The notes beneath the pieces were generated by a model. That model made no database searches. It was not told the DNA's origin and was given only the letters and a program-made list of their open reading frames with translations. This document shows positions 27,101 through 38,580 of a DNA stretch of 64,000 bases, one piece after another (position 1 is the first letter of the stretch; the number at the start of each line of letters is the position of its first letter). The position numbers and the translations under genes were made by a program. Source of the stretch: Azolla caroliniana (taxonomy: Eukaryota; Plantae; Polypodiophyta); contig JBHGNT010000009.1 in assembly GCA_043228905.1 (NCBI GenBank), forward strand, positions 17,856,001-17,920,000, read 5' to 3'.

Positions 27101-28211
27101 GCTGCCATTACTGTTCTAAGCATAAAAGAAAGCATAATACAACTTCAGAATATAAAGCACGGATCGGAATGGTAACAAAATGAGTGGATATAACTGCATA
27201 ATATAAAGCACAGATCATAATGGTTACAAAATGCATGGATAAGACTTTATACACCATTTAGACAGTTAGTTGAGTTTTAGAGGTATAGACCATTTCCGTG
27301 ATTCTGATGGAAAATCAGGAGATAACACTCTCATATCTGAATTATGATGGCTTTTCCCAGCTCTTCAAACACTCGCATAGAGTTTCTTCGAAAGAATTAG
27401 GATTTGACATTGGAGAAGAATATGGTACAAAAGAAAAAGAAGCAGATGATGATGACGATGATAGTGGTAGTGGTTGTGGTGGCGACGAGGAAGAAAACAC
27501 AGCCGCCATGCCATGGAGGAGGTAAGTTTTGTTTGTTTCTGGTGACTACTTTCAAGACGCAAATAATAGGAGAGAATAGAATCGAGATTTCTGAGGGAGA
27601 AACTGTAAAATGGTTTTCAGTGAAGAAGAGCAGAGACTACATAGATGAAAAAGAAGAAGAAGAAGAGAAGTGATATATAAGAGTTATTCTGAGAGAGAAA
27701 CCAAACACTGGAAGGAAGGAGAAGCCCTAGAGGAGGTTTTGCTTGATAGTTTTGCTTTAATTCTTTGTAGCAGTGGAGTCTCTAAGTTTTCAGAGAAGGG
27801 GATGGTGTTGGGTGTCTCAGAAACCCTAATTATATAGGAACCCTAATTAATTAGGTTTATTAAATTAATTAGGACGCGCCTGCCAGAAGCAAATGCCCAA
27901 CATTCTCTTCTGCTCTGCTCTGCTCTGTTTGTGTTCTGTCTGTCTCTCTCTGCCCAAATGAGAAAAGAAAGGATTCCATTTCCATCAATAAATTATGGGC
28001 AGCCATCCCATCGCATTTCATTTGTCCCACATACAACGGCAGAATGGGGGGGCAGGCATGAAGAAGGAAGGAGAAGCCCACAATCATATATGTATGTATG
28101 TCTATGTAATGGACACACAAACTTTGGGCCTAAATGTCACGATACATGTGGAAATGGGCAGCCATATGCCCATCCCATATGTCCCACATACAAATGGCAT
28201 CTATCCCATAT

Positions 28212-28252
28212 GTCCCACATACAATGGCATATGGCCACGAACCCTATAAATA
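28212..28252 (+). promoter_or_regulatory. USE-like box and TATA box (repeat module copy A)
   Basis: GTCCCACATAC at 28212, then 22 nt, then TATAAATA at 28245; same geometry at 41840, 59746 and 62027. Confidence 0.45.
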
Positions 28253-28290
28253 GGGACTAGGGGGCCACTTGTGCTACACATACAAAAATC

Positions 28291-28461
28291 ATGGCTAAGA
28301 ACAAAGTCCTCTTAGCTATGAAAAAGGCCATGGCTTGCATTGAGCAAGATGTGGCTTATTGCCTCTTACTCCTCTCCGTCCTCTCCGCCTTCAGAAAAGT
28401 GGAGCAAGAAAGAAGGGAAGAAAGGAGTAAGAATAAGGCCAAAATATGGCCTCTCCCATAA
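28291..28461 (+). CDS. Putative 56-aa small ORF of the repeat module (MAKNKVLLAMKKAMACIEQD...)
   Basis: ATG in AAAATCATGG context 46 nt after the TATA start; homologous ORFs in three other copies; no recognisable family. Confidence 0.25.
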   Translation: MAKNKVLLAMKKAMACIEQDVAYCLLLLSVLSAFRKVEQERREERSKNKAKIWPLP

Positions 28462-28845
28462 ATCGGGAGTGGCCATAACTGGTATAACGCCCATCAGGTG
28501 TCCAGGGGACACCACCCCCCCCCAAAACCCTAAACCCAAGGAGGAGTAAAAATATTGCCCCTCCCATAAATCGAGAGTGTCCATAATTGGTATAACGCCC
28601 ATCGGATGTCCATGGGACACCACCCCCCCCAAACCCAAGCCTAACCCACCATGTCATCTATGTTGAATTGCTCCTCAAATCCAAACATACTTACATGAAA
28701 TTTATTTCACTATGACCCTATTCATCATAATTTGACCTAAAAACATGAAGATAAACACTACTATTATTAGAACGGTCGTAACGAGGCGACAATCCTCCCC
28801 GAAGAATATCCCTTCCAATTCCACAATCTCTTTGATTCCCCTCAT

Positions 28846-29030
28846 TCAAATTCTTGGCATAATCCTTCGTCTCACAAAGAAGGGTGGAAAAAGGCCCCCA
28901 AAAACTGCCCCCCAACCACAACAAACAAAAGTTATTGGGCTTGGATGGAATACGACAATTTCTGCCTCAAGTGGTGTAAACTCGGGGACATTGATTTTGA
29001 GCACACCATTCTCCATGGTTGTGACCCTCA
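28846..29030 (-). pseudogene. Fragment of a divergent alpha-crystallin-domain (Hsp20-like) gene with hydrophobic tail
   Basis: MENGVLKINVP matches the beta9 motif of the neighbouring sHSP ([11 protein letters not shown]), followed by ITFVCCGWGAVFGGLFPPFFVRRR. Confidence 0.55.
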
Positions 29031-29044
29031 AACTCATTTAATAA

Positions 29045-29850
29045 TAAGTGTATGCATATACCCATATGTAATGTATGTATATATATATCATGCATGCATG
29101 CATGCATGTATATATGCATTTATCCTTATGACAATGTACACGATTCGATGTGTAAGGATGTGTGATTGTAATATGTGCATAATATTTATGTATATATCTA
29201 ATTTATGTATATGTAGCAATGTATAAATGAATATAGGTATGTCCATGTACGAATGTACATATGTGTATGCATATGTAATGTATGTATGTGTATGCATATA
29301 TGTATATGTCAATGTACATGATTCAATGTATATGAATGTGTGATTGTAATATATGCATATGCAATGTATGTATGTACATGCATGAATGTACATATGTGTA
29401 TATATGTAATATGTAATGTATGTATGATTGTATGTGTAATAGTGTATGCATATATGCATACATGAGTGTGTGGATGTTTGTTCGTAATATTCATGTATGT
29501 GTATGTATATATATGTATGTATTGTAGTTTGTGATGATATGTATCTGCATATATAATGTATGTATGTATGTGTATGTAACGTATTTATGTGTATGCATGT
29601 ATGTAATGTATGGATGTATGTTTCTAAAACTTATAATATTGTAGGCATATGTATGTATATATATGGTGATATGTGGAATATGTATGTAGATATGTAATGT
29701 ATGTATGTGTGTGAATATATGTATATGTCACTATGCAAGATTCAATGAGTATGAATGTGTTTGTAATATGTGCATAATATGTATGTATATGTCCAATGTG
29801 TGTGTGTGTGTATGTGGTCATATGTATGTAAATGTATGAATGTATGTATC
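29045..29850. repeat. Degenerate (TATG/TA/TG)n low-complexity tract
   Basis: About 800 bp of tatg/tgta/atat microsatellite-like sequence. Confidence 0.9.
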
Positions 29851-29853
29851 TGT

Positions 29854-30112
29854 AAATATCCCAAATTAGAGGAACGCTTGGATTGATACATCTCGTCAAT
29901 TGTCATTTGCATTGCCTCCATCCGTTATTATGGAGAAGGCTCGACGATTGGCATCAGAAATGAATATTTTTGACGATGACTTCAAAGCAACTTGAGGTTG
30001 GTTTAGGAAATTTCGCCATCGTCAATGTTTGAATACTATTAATTTATATGGTGAAGGAGGGGCAGTTGATAGAAATGACCCTGAATTGTTGGCTTTTTTG
30101 GAAAGACTTACA
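29854..30112 (+). pseudogene. pogo/Tigger (CENP-B-type HTH) transposase fragment
   Basis: KYPKLEE..AWIDTSRQL..IMEKARRLASEM..DFKAT*GWFRKFRHR..LYGEGGAVD resembles the Tc5/CENP-B HTH signature FKASxGWxxxFxxR...LHGE. Confidence 0.7.
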
Positions 30113-30290
30113 AATCATATTTTTGTTGATCATTTTGTTGTTTTTTCTAAATGTTTGGAACAAATTTCTATTTGGTTCGATGTATGTACATATATATTTA
30201 TTGAGTGCAAAATATTTATATGGGAATCAATACTTTTTTGTTCTAAGAAGGAGAATGGTTGTGCGTCTTTTGAAAGTGAAGGAGAATGGT

Positions 30291-30328
30291 TTCGCGATTG
30301 TTCTAGAAAGCATAAGACGTTTCTAGAC
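30291..30328 (+). promoter_or_regulatory. Heat shock element array
   Basis: Pentamer units in 5-bp phase: TTCgcGATtgTTCtaGAAagCATaaGACgtTTCtaGAC, ~20 bp upstream of a TATA-like TTCAAATA and upstream of an sHSP gene. Confidence 0.8.
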
Positions 30329-30379
30329 ACATCTACCCCTCCCCTCTTCTTCAAATACCCCATAGCTATTCGATCAGTC

Positions 30380-30485
30380 ATCCATAGCAGAAAATCATCG
30401 AATTTCTTCACACAAACATCTATCCATAGCAGAAAATCATCGAATTTCTTCACACAAACATCGATCCATCGCAGATAATCATCGG
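30380..30485 (+). repeat. 42-bp tandem repeat (~2.5 copies) in the sHSP 5' leader
   Basis: TCCATAGCAGAAAATCATCGAATTTCTTCACACAAACATC repeated. Confidence 0.85.
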
Positions 30486-30566
30486 GTTTCTCACTGAGCA
30501 TCTATCCATCGCTGCCATTTTCTCTCATCGATCTCTCTCTGTATCCAGAACCTCAACCATTTGACC

Positions 30567-31169
30567 ATGTCTGTTTCGCTCTTTGGACGTAGCAATCGCA
30601 GGGGGGGAGCATCAGAGGGCCCTCTCGATGCTTTCTTCTCCGACTCCCTCATCTTCCCCTCATTCCCTGATCATCCGGGCTTCGCACGTGATGCCGCAGC
30701 TGTAGCCAACACGCAGGTAGATTGGAAGGAGACTGCGGATGCTCATGTCTTCAAAGCAAATTTGCCTGGTAAGTAGTCTGCCATACGACTAATTAGAATA
30801 TCTCACTTCGCAATCGCTATTATACTTTGAAGGATCTGCTTCTCTTCTGTATCAGATATGTTTAATCTGACGTTTCCAAATAATGAATCATTTTCAGGTC
30901 TGAGCAAGCAGGAAGTGAAGGTACAGGTGGAGGAAGGGCGCGTGTTACAGATAAGCGGGGAGCACAAGAAAGAGGAGACATCTTCTTCGGACAGATGGCA
31001 CCGTGTGGAACGCTCGCATGGTAGCTTCCTCCGCCGTTTTAAGCTCCCTGAGAACACACAGGTGGACGATGTAAAGGCGGCCATGGAGAACGGCGTCCTC
31101 ACTGTCACTGTCCCCAAGATTCCTCCCCCTGAACCAAAATCTGCCATTCGAACCATCAATATTTCTTAG
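30567..31169 (+). CDS. HSP20: Cytosolic class I-type small heat shock protein (~157 aa); exons 30567-30768 and 30898-31169
   Basis: [19 protein letters not shown]|[53 protein letters not shown]; GT-AG intron 30769-30897 restores the frame; HSEs upstream. Confidence 0.95.
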
Positions 31170-32020
31170 GATCAAATTGTTTTACATTTTTGCTTGCTAT
31201 CTCTCTCAATCAGAAACCATGTTGTAAGGATTCTTATTGTAGCTCATATTGCTAAATATGAGTAACTGCTTTCTAAATCTATTGCAATAGAATCATTTCA
31301 GTTTGGCGTCCAAGACTTCGTTGTCCAAATCTCTTCTGTGAGCACTTCTGCTTTTTCTTAATTTTAGCATTGTGATCTTCCGTGTCTCCTTCAATTGGGC
31401 AAAAACAGGTTTTAACATCATTCACTTATCAAATTCTCAATGTATAAGGTAACTTGCGAGAAATGTGTAAAGAGTCATACTCAAATGTCCACCAAGAAAA
31501 GTCAGCATATGTGTGTGTGTCATTATTTTCACATAGGGAGTTTTTAGTGCATAGTAACTCCCTTTCTTAAGAAGGAGACAAGACGCTATGTTTGTTGATT
31601 TGGTTCCGTAGGTCAAAATTGGCCTCGTCATAGATGATAAAGCATCTATTCTATTCTTCTACTCCCCCCAAAATGAATGTCTATATAGGTTCGACCATGC
31701 CAGGCTTGGCATCACTTGACACTTATGTTTGTACTCGATCTCTCATATGCATGTACATATTTTTACACTACTATCTCACCCTAATATTCAAACGACGAAA
31801 AAAATCTTTACACTACTATCTCACCCTAATATGAATACAACGACCACCTTATCAAAAGTAATAAAGTGAAAAGGGGAGAATGTGTTTAGATTGGAGGTTG
31901 TTTACAATGTGTGCCATTTACAATATGCCAATATTGTTTTCCTACCCAACAAATCTTCTTTTTGTTCATATGCAACTATTGCTAGAGTGGGAGTAGATAA
32001 TTTGCCTTTCAGGCTGAAGC

Positions 32021-32224
32021 AGATATCATGTTCTTCATGTGGTTTAATTCTCCACCAATAGCATTGGCTAAACATAGAAGAATGTGATGGGGGATTGTGT
32101 CTCAAGTGATTATGATTCTCAAAGATATCATGTTCTTCATGTGGTTTAATTCTCCACCAATAGCATTGGCTAAACATAGAAGAATGTGATGGGGGATTGT
32201 GTCTCAAGTGATTATGATTCTCAA
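32021..32224. repeat. 102-bp direct tandem duplication
   Basis: AGATATCATGTTCTTC...GATTCTCAA occurs at 32021 and 32123. Confidence 0.92.
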
Positions 32225-34299
32225 AGGGGTCGAACTATTACGTTAGTCTATTCAAACATATTTGCATTATTCCAATATTGTTCATCTTCATGGCAATCAA
32301 GGTAAGAGTGCCACAAAGACTTTTCAAATTTCAAGTTGTCGTCGTGGATAGACATACCAACATTTTGTTGTATTATCATTCAACCCTTGTTACAGTTGAA
32401 GCTTTGTGGGCATGAGAGTCTTGGCACACCTTGCACTTGGCTGACCATGTGGTCATGCACATGTGTTTGTTGGCAATAAATAATAGTAGTTTTGCCCCTT
32501 GCTTTGAACCTAAGAAATTGATGTGTGCACCCTAAATTGAACCCATGTCCACTAAATATTTATCAATGTCTATTATGGCTAAGTTACCTCATTAAATGTA
32601 GTTAGAATTGGGGAGGTTGGGAGCTAATAGGCCCCCAAAGATAGCACAGTTGCGTAAGAGACTTTGGGTTTTTCTTGTCGATTTTCATTCCAGGCTGGTA
32701 TATTCTTATCTGTAGTACTTGAGGGTTGTAGACGAGCCCAAGTGTAATGGGAATGAGGATGGATCTCTTCTTGAGCTCACATCATGGGATCCTTCTCTAC
32801 CAATCACAAGTTTTGGAGATTTGTGCTAGAGAGACAAGTAACTTAATTCTGAGGGGGAGCCCTCATTAAAGGCACATGGACACAAGCATTCATAGAAATT
32901 ACAATAGTTAACGATACATACACATAAATGCATACATACATAAACACAAATACATATATGAGGTGAATATTACACATATGGATCCATACAAAAAAAGGGT
33001 CAATATAATTGCTATAGTGTGAAAGCGTGAAGACGATTGTTTTTGTAAATGCTTATGTATGGCTTAGTTATGAATGTATACATGTAAAATATGTGTGTGT
33101 ATGTATAAGTATCACACAATACATACACGTAGAAGAAGAAGGACAAGCCCACAATGATATATATATGTAATGGACAGACAATCTTTGGGCCCACACACAA
33201 TACATGTAGAAATGGGCAGACATAACTGGTATAACGCCCATCAGGTGTCTAGGGGACACCACCCATCTTCTTCTGTACCCCGTCCAGTATGTACATATTT
33301 TTCCTCCCATCTTCCTGTTCCTCTGACCTCTAATGATTTAGTTTTTGGTGGCAGTACATATTTGTCTGGCTTCATGACTGTTTCTTCTGATGCGTGATTC
33401 CTTTGAGTTTATATATACTGCAAAACTCCCAAAGCTTCTTTTCCATTCTAGATTTGTCCACTTCTTATCGTTTTTTGAAAGATTAAGAAATGGACAAATC
33501 TGGAACGGGTTACTTTCTCTTACAATGGGATGTTGTCAAGTTTTAAGCTCAATTGTTTCTGTTTGTCATGCGTAGTAGGCATTACTTTGAATCCCTGCAG
33601 AATATTTGCTTATTATGCCCATTGATTTCTTGGTCGAGTTTGGGTTAAATTAGTTTTTTTCTCCTGTTGTTTGTTTTGCCATCTCTGAGATGCACTTTAG
33701 CGAACACTAATGAAAGTATTACCCTAAAGGCTCTTTACCCCCTCCAATATGCAAGGTGCACCAGTTTTAATTTGTCCCTGCTATTATTTGGCAGTTAGAC
33801 TTAGTTAAAACAAATAAAATAACACTCACACAAACCCACAGCCAAATAAGCAATAAAAGTATACATTCCCACTCCTGTGACTAGTCATCATAGTTACCCA
33901 ACCAGCCCGCGTCAACATCTTTACCGCCTCTATGCTCTCAGATATTGAGCCTATTCTGGCTATGAAAAGGAATCGAAATCCCACTAAATTCTTGCATATC
34001 TAGCAAAAAATTGCCAAAACATTGAGCCAAAATCCACCAAATTCTTTGCAAATCCAACTATATATATATATATATATATATATAATGTTCAAGAAAACTG
34101 TCAGAAACTTGAGCCGCAATTACCTTCAAAAGAAGAGCATTGCTTTTGTCGGCTTGGACCAGCATGGAAGCTCCCCCTTCTTATGAATGTCCCTCGATTG
34201 TTTCCGCTTTCTTGTCGAATTTGGGAGCTATTTTCATAGGTCGGACCTCGTTTACCTAGTCCTTGGTTGAATCGGCCTCTTCTTGCTCAACCGCGTCCT

Positions 34300-37200
34300 C
34301 TTCCACCGTCCGAGTGTGTGTATAGCATGTGGCCTTCCAATCGAGTGTGGATATTGTGGCAAAATCTGCCACCACGAAGAAGAGTGTCGAAAGAAGAAGC
34401 GTGAGTCGGCTTCCACAAGTTGACAAATCACCAATTGCGCCACCAACTCCGACTATGAAGATCATGGCGGAATGTTTGTGAAGAGATATAGAGCAAATAT
34501 TATGTTGGCCTCTACTTCAACTAGTGCCTCCGGTCCAGAAGATGTAATATGTTTTGTTGACTCCGGTGCTTCGAATCATATGACATCTCATCAAGAATGG
34601 TTCTAAGACTTACGAGAGCTGGATAGACCCAACTATATCGAAACCGGAGACGACATTACTCATCCATTTTGGCATGTCTTCAATGTCCCATTCAGAAAGA
34701 CGGCGAATGAACTTGCATCAAAATTGTCTTGTATGTACCGATCATAATGAAGAATTTGGTCTCGGTCAGCCAAATTGTTGAGCAAGGCATGCAAGTTCGA
34801 TTCAACCATGGTGGTTGTTTCATCAAGAAGGAAGGCCGACTCATCGCTCGTGGTTGAAGGGAAGGCCAAATGTTTATCCTTGAGCCGAATGAGGTGAAAT
34901 TGGCCATGTTTGCAAAGGGTGTCAAAGCCAATACACACATAGAGTTGTGGCACAAGAGAATTGACCACATCAATCTCAATAAACTCAAGGTGATGCAATA
35001 GAAAGGAGTCATCATCGGGCTCTCAACCTTCAAAGAGAAAGAGATTGAAGGCGTATGTGCAGCTTACCAATTCGGCAAGCAACACCGGAACTCGTTCCCG
35101 AAAGAGAGGAACATGAGCAAAGGCATACTGGATGTAATTCATTCCAACGTAGGGGGACTGGCTCAGACGACAACATTCGGAGGATGCCGATACTATGTCA
35201 CCTTTATCGACAACTTCTCCAGGCATACATGGATCTTCCCCATGCGATAGAAGAGTGAAGTGTTAAGACACTTCCAAAAATTTAAGAATGAAGTCGAGAA
35301 AGCCATAGGTCAGCATGTTCGATGTCTTCGGTCAGATGGAGGCAAGGAATACTTCTCCCATGCATTTACGATATACCTTCGATAGGAAGGAATCAAGCGA
35401 CAATTTTCGTGTCGACATATACCACAATACAATGGAGTGGCCGAACGCAAATATCGGCACATCCTTGAAGTAGCACGGGCCATGCTCAACGAGAAGCACA
35501 TGCCAAAGTCATATTGGGCCGAAGCAGCAAATACTGTCGTCTACCTCATGAATTGGTGCACAACATCCCATGTAAGGATATTCGGCTCACTTGCATATGT
35601 GCATATTCCCGACGAAATGCGGCAAAAGCTAGATCCCAAGTCGGAGAAGTGTATTCCCTGGAGCAAAAGGGGCACAAGTGCTTCAAACCCTCTACTTGGA
35701 ATGTTTGTATAAGTTGGGATGTCATCTTTGATGAATCAACATCGTGGTACGAACCGGAGCCGACTCCTCTCGAATCATTTCCAGTCGACCCGAACTTGGC
35801 CAACCAACAGATAGAAGACGAAGATCAATTGAGGCATATGTTCGAAGAAAGTCCGATCATGACCAGGCTCAGTTGGCCACAAGAGACCCCAAACGACCAA
35901 AGCACATATCGGCCAAGCCCGAAGATGGACAAATGCAAGGCCAAAATGCCAGAATATGAAGATAATCAATTCGACAGCAATGAATCGGCTCACTCACTCA
36001 ACAGTGAGCTTGATGACTTTGATGCGCCTCTTATGAGGTCATCTAGAGTTAAGAAAGCACTCACATTGGCAAATGAAAAACTCCAATGCTCCACCCGTGA
36101 GAAGAATCTAGTTAGCCGATTCGACTACACGGACTATATGGCATACCATTATGCCTTTATGATGAAGGTGGCAGCCAAGGCTCCACTATGGGTCGAAGCA
36201 ATGAACGAGGAGATGCGAGCACTATGCAAGAACGAGACGTGGGATCTCGTTCCCCACTCACCACACAAAAAGGTGATCGGCTACAGATGGATTTACAAGG
36301 TGAAGTATAATGTTGACGGCTCCGCCAACCACCACAAAGCCCAACTCATAGTGAAAGGATACGCACAAACACATGGAGTCGACTATGAAGAGACCTTTGC
36401 CCTGATGACAAAGATGACGACTATGCGAACCGTGATTGCACTTGCAACAACAAAAGGGTGGCATCTCCATCAAATGGACGTCAAGAACGCCTTTCGTCAA
36501 AGCGAATTAGAAGAGGAGGTGTATATGGTACAACCATCCGGCTTTGAATCAACTCTCTCTATGTTAGAAGCGATTCTGGAAGTTTGATTGTCATCATCCT
36601 ATACGTGGATGATCTGGTCATTGGAGGTGAAATTTTAGTCGACATGAACAAGGTCAAGTTCCTCCTCTCCGGCAAATTCGAGATGACAGACATGAAGGAG
36701 CTCCATTACTTCCTAGGTATTGAAGTAATTCGGACTCCATCCAACATTATGATCTCTCAACGACAGTACATCCTCAACTTGTTATACAAGTTCGAGATGA
36801 CTAAGTGCAAATCTGTGGCAACCCCTCTGAATCGAAACCTCAAACTGGATGCTGATTCCGGCATGGAAGAATGCGAGCCGACTCAGTATTGACAATTGAT
36901 CGAGAGCTTCATCTATCTCACAATCACTTGACCCTACCTCAGCTACCCGGTCGATCTCCTTAGTCAATTCATGCAAACTCCACGAGATATTCATTTGGAT
37001 TGTGCTAAGCGAGTATTACGGTATGTGAGCAACACATTGTACTGTGGCATTCTCTACAAATTGGCCACACCAATTCGACTCGAAGGGTACAAAAATATCG
37101 ACCGATGATCGACCTCCGTATTTGTTTTCTCCCTCGGTAGCGGAGCAATATCCTCTAGTAGTAAGAAGCAGTCGGTTGTTGCACTTTCGAGCACATAGGC

Positions 37201-37790
37201 TGAATACAGGGGCGCAACTGTGGCTGCATGTGAAGCCGTATGGCTCAAGAGGATTTTGAAGGATCTGGGTGTTCCCATCAAGAATCTGACTCCCCTTTAA
37301 TGCGACAACATGAGCAATATTTATTTGGCTCGAAACCTAGTGTTCCACGTGCGCATGAAGCATATTGAAGTGCACTATCACTTCATCCGAGAGTATTGAG
37401 CTTGAGGGGGTGTGCTGATCAAGCTCAACCCAGTCTAGTGTGTGAACACATCCTTTGAGAATCTGTGAGCACTCAAAGGTCAAAAGTTACCACTACTCTC
37501 TACACATTAACTATATGTCATAGAATCATATTCTATGACACATAACTAATGAGTTTCCACATTCCCCATGACCAATGAGCTTCGATAGTTAATGAAGAGA
37601 GAGGGTGACTATATAAAGCACCCTCCTCCTACTTTGTAATGTGTTGATTAATCTCCTTTGTAATATACATCTTCTTGAGTATTATATTTTCCATTCTATC
37701 TATCGTGTATCTCTCTCCTCTCCTCTTCTCAAACACACACACACACACACACACACAACACATCTCTAACCTATTCCGTTGCACAGAATC
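34300..37790 (+). mobile_element. Degenerate Ty1/copia element (5'-truncated) with PPT and partial 3' LTR
   Basis: CGKICHHEEEC knuckle, FVDSGASNHM protease, integrase (SDGGKEY, NGVAERK), RT (HQMDVKNAF, LYVDDL), RNase H; CTTGAGGGGG PPT at 37401 followed by LTR-like sequence. Confidence 0.85.
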
Positions 37791-37799
37791 GCCATCGAT

Positions 37800-38580
37800 T
37801 CTTTACATTTCTCAACGACATTACATTCTAAACTTGTTGTATAAGTTCGGCATGACCGAATGCAAATTTGTGGCAACCCCTCTCTATTGAAACCTAAAGC
37901 TTGGTGCTGACTCTAGCACTACCGAGTGCGAACTAACACGATATCAACAACTTGTTGAAAGCCTCATCTGCTTCACCATCACACGACTCAACCTTAGTTA
38001 ACCGGTCGGCCTCCTTAGCCAATTCATGCAGACACCTCGCAATATTCATCTGGACTATGTTAAGAGATTGTTATGATATGTAAGTGGTACAATGAATTAT
38101 GACATTCTCTACAAATCGGCAATGCCGATTCGACCCGAAGGGTACACAGATGCCGACTGGGCTAGCTACAAAGCCGACAAATGATCAACCTCCGGGTTCG
38201 TCTTCTCCCTCGGGAGCGAAGCAATATCCTAGAGCAGTAAGGAGCAGACAATCGCGTTGTTGAGCATAGATAGAGGCCAAATACAGGCATGCGACTGTTG
38301 CTGGTTGTAAAGTCATATGGCTGAAAATGTTCTCAAGGCTCTAGATGTCTCAATCAAAGATCCAATCCTGTTGTACTGCGATAACCTCATCAACATACAT
38401 TTTGCTCGAAACCCGGTTTTCCACGCTTAGGACAAAACACATCGGGGTGCACTATCACATTATCCGAGACCGTGTCCTGGCTGGAGATGTCAACCTGCAA
38501 CATATCGATACAAGCTTTCAAATGACCGACATCTTCACGAAGACCCTGGGAGCCAACAAGTCGTGGTGGTTCATGATGAA
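37800..38580 (+). pseudogene. Second copia RT-RNase H fragment of the same family
   Basis: Paralogous to 36750-37390 (ISQRHYILNLLYKFGM, GYTDADW, TKHIGVHYH, TDIFTK). Confidence 0.85.

Larger units (their letters stand above)
26190..29045. repeat. Locally duplicated composite unit, copy A (also at ~33100-34140, ~41400-42720, ~57905-60140, ~61575-62990)
   Basis: Long near-identical blocks, e.g. 27290-28520 vs 58790-60060, 27800-29040 vs 61575-62990, 26200-26650 vs 33750-34140 and 58340-58625; boundaries approximate. Confidence 0.88.

Noticed and set aside
28520-28540. Telomerase RNA template (AACCCTAAACCC) downstream of the USE-like/TATA module
   Set aside because: Present only in copy A, far from the expected start, with no recognisable pseudoknot, P4-P6 stem or oligo-T terminator
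29088-29899. His/Tyr/Ile-rich ORFs
   Set aside because: Translations of a microsatellite tract
31900-32470. FAR1/MULE zinc-finger fragment (HNH motif on the minus strand)
   Set aside because: Too degenerate; only a three-residue motif supports it
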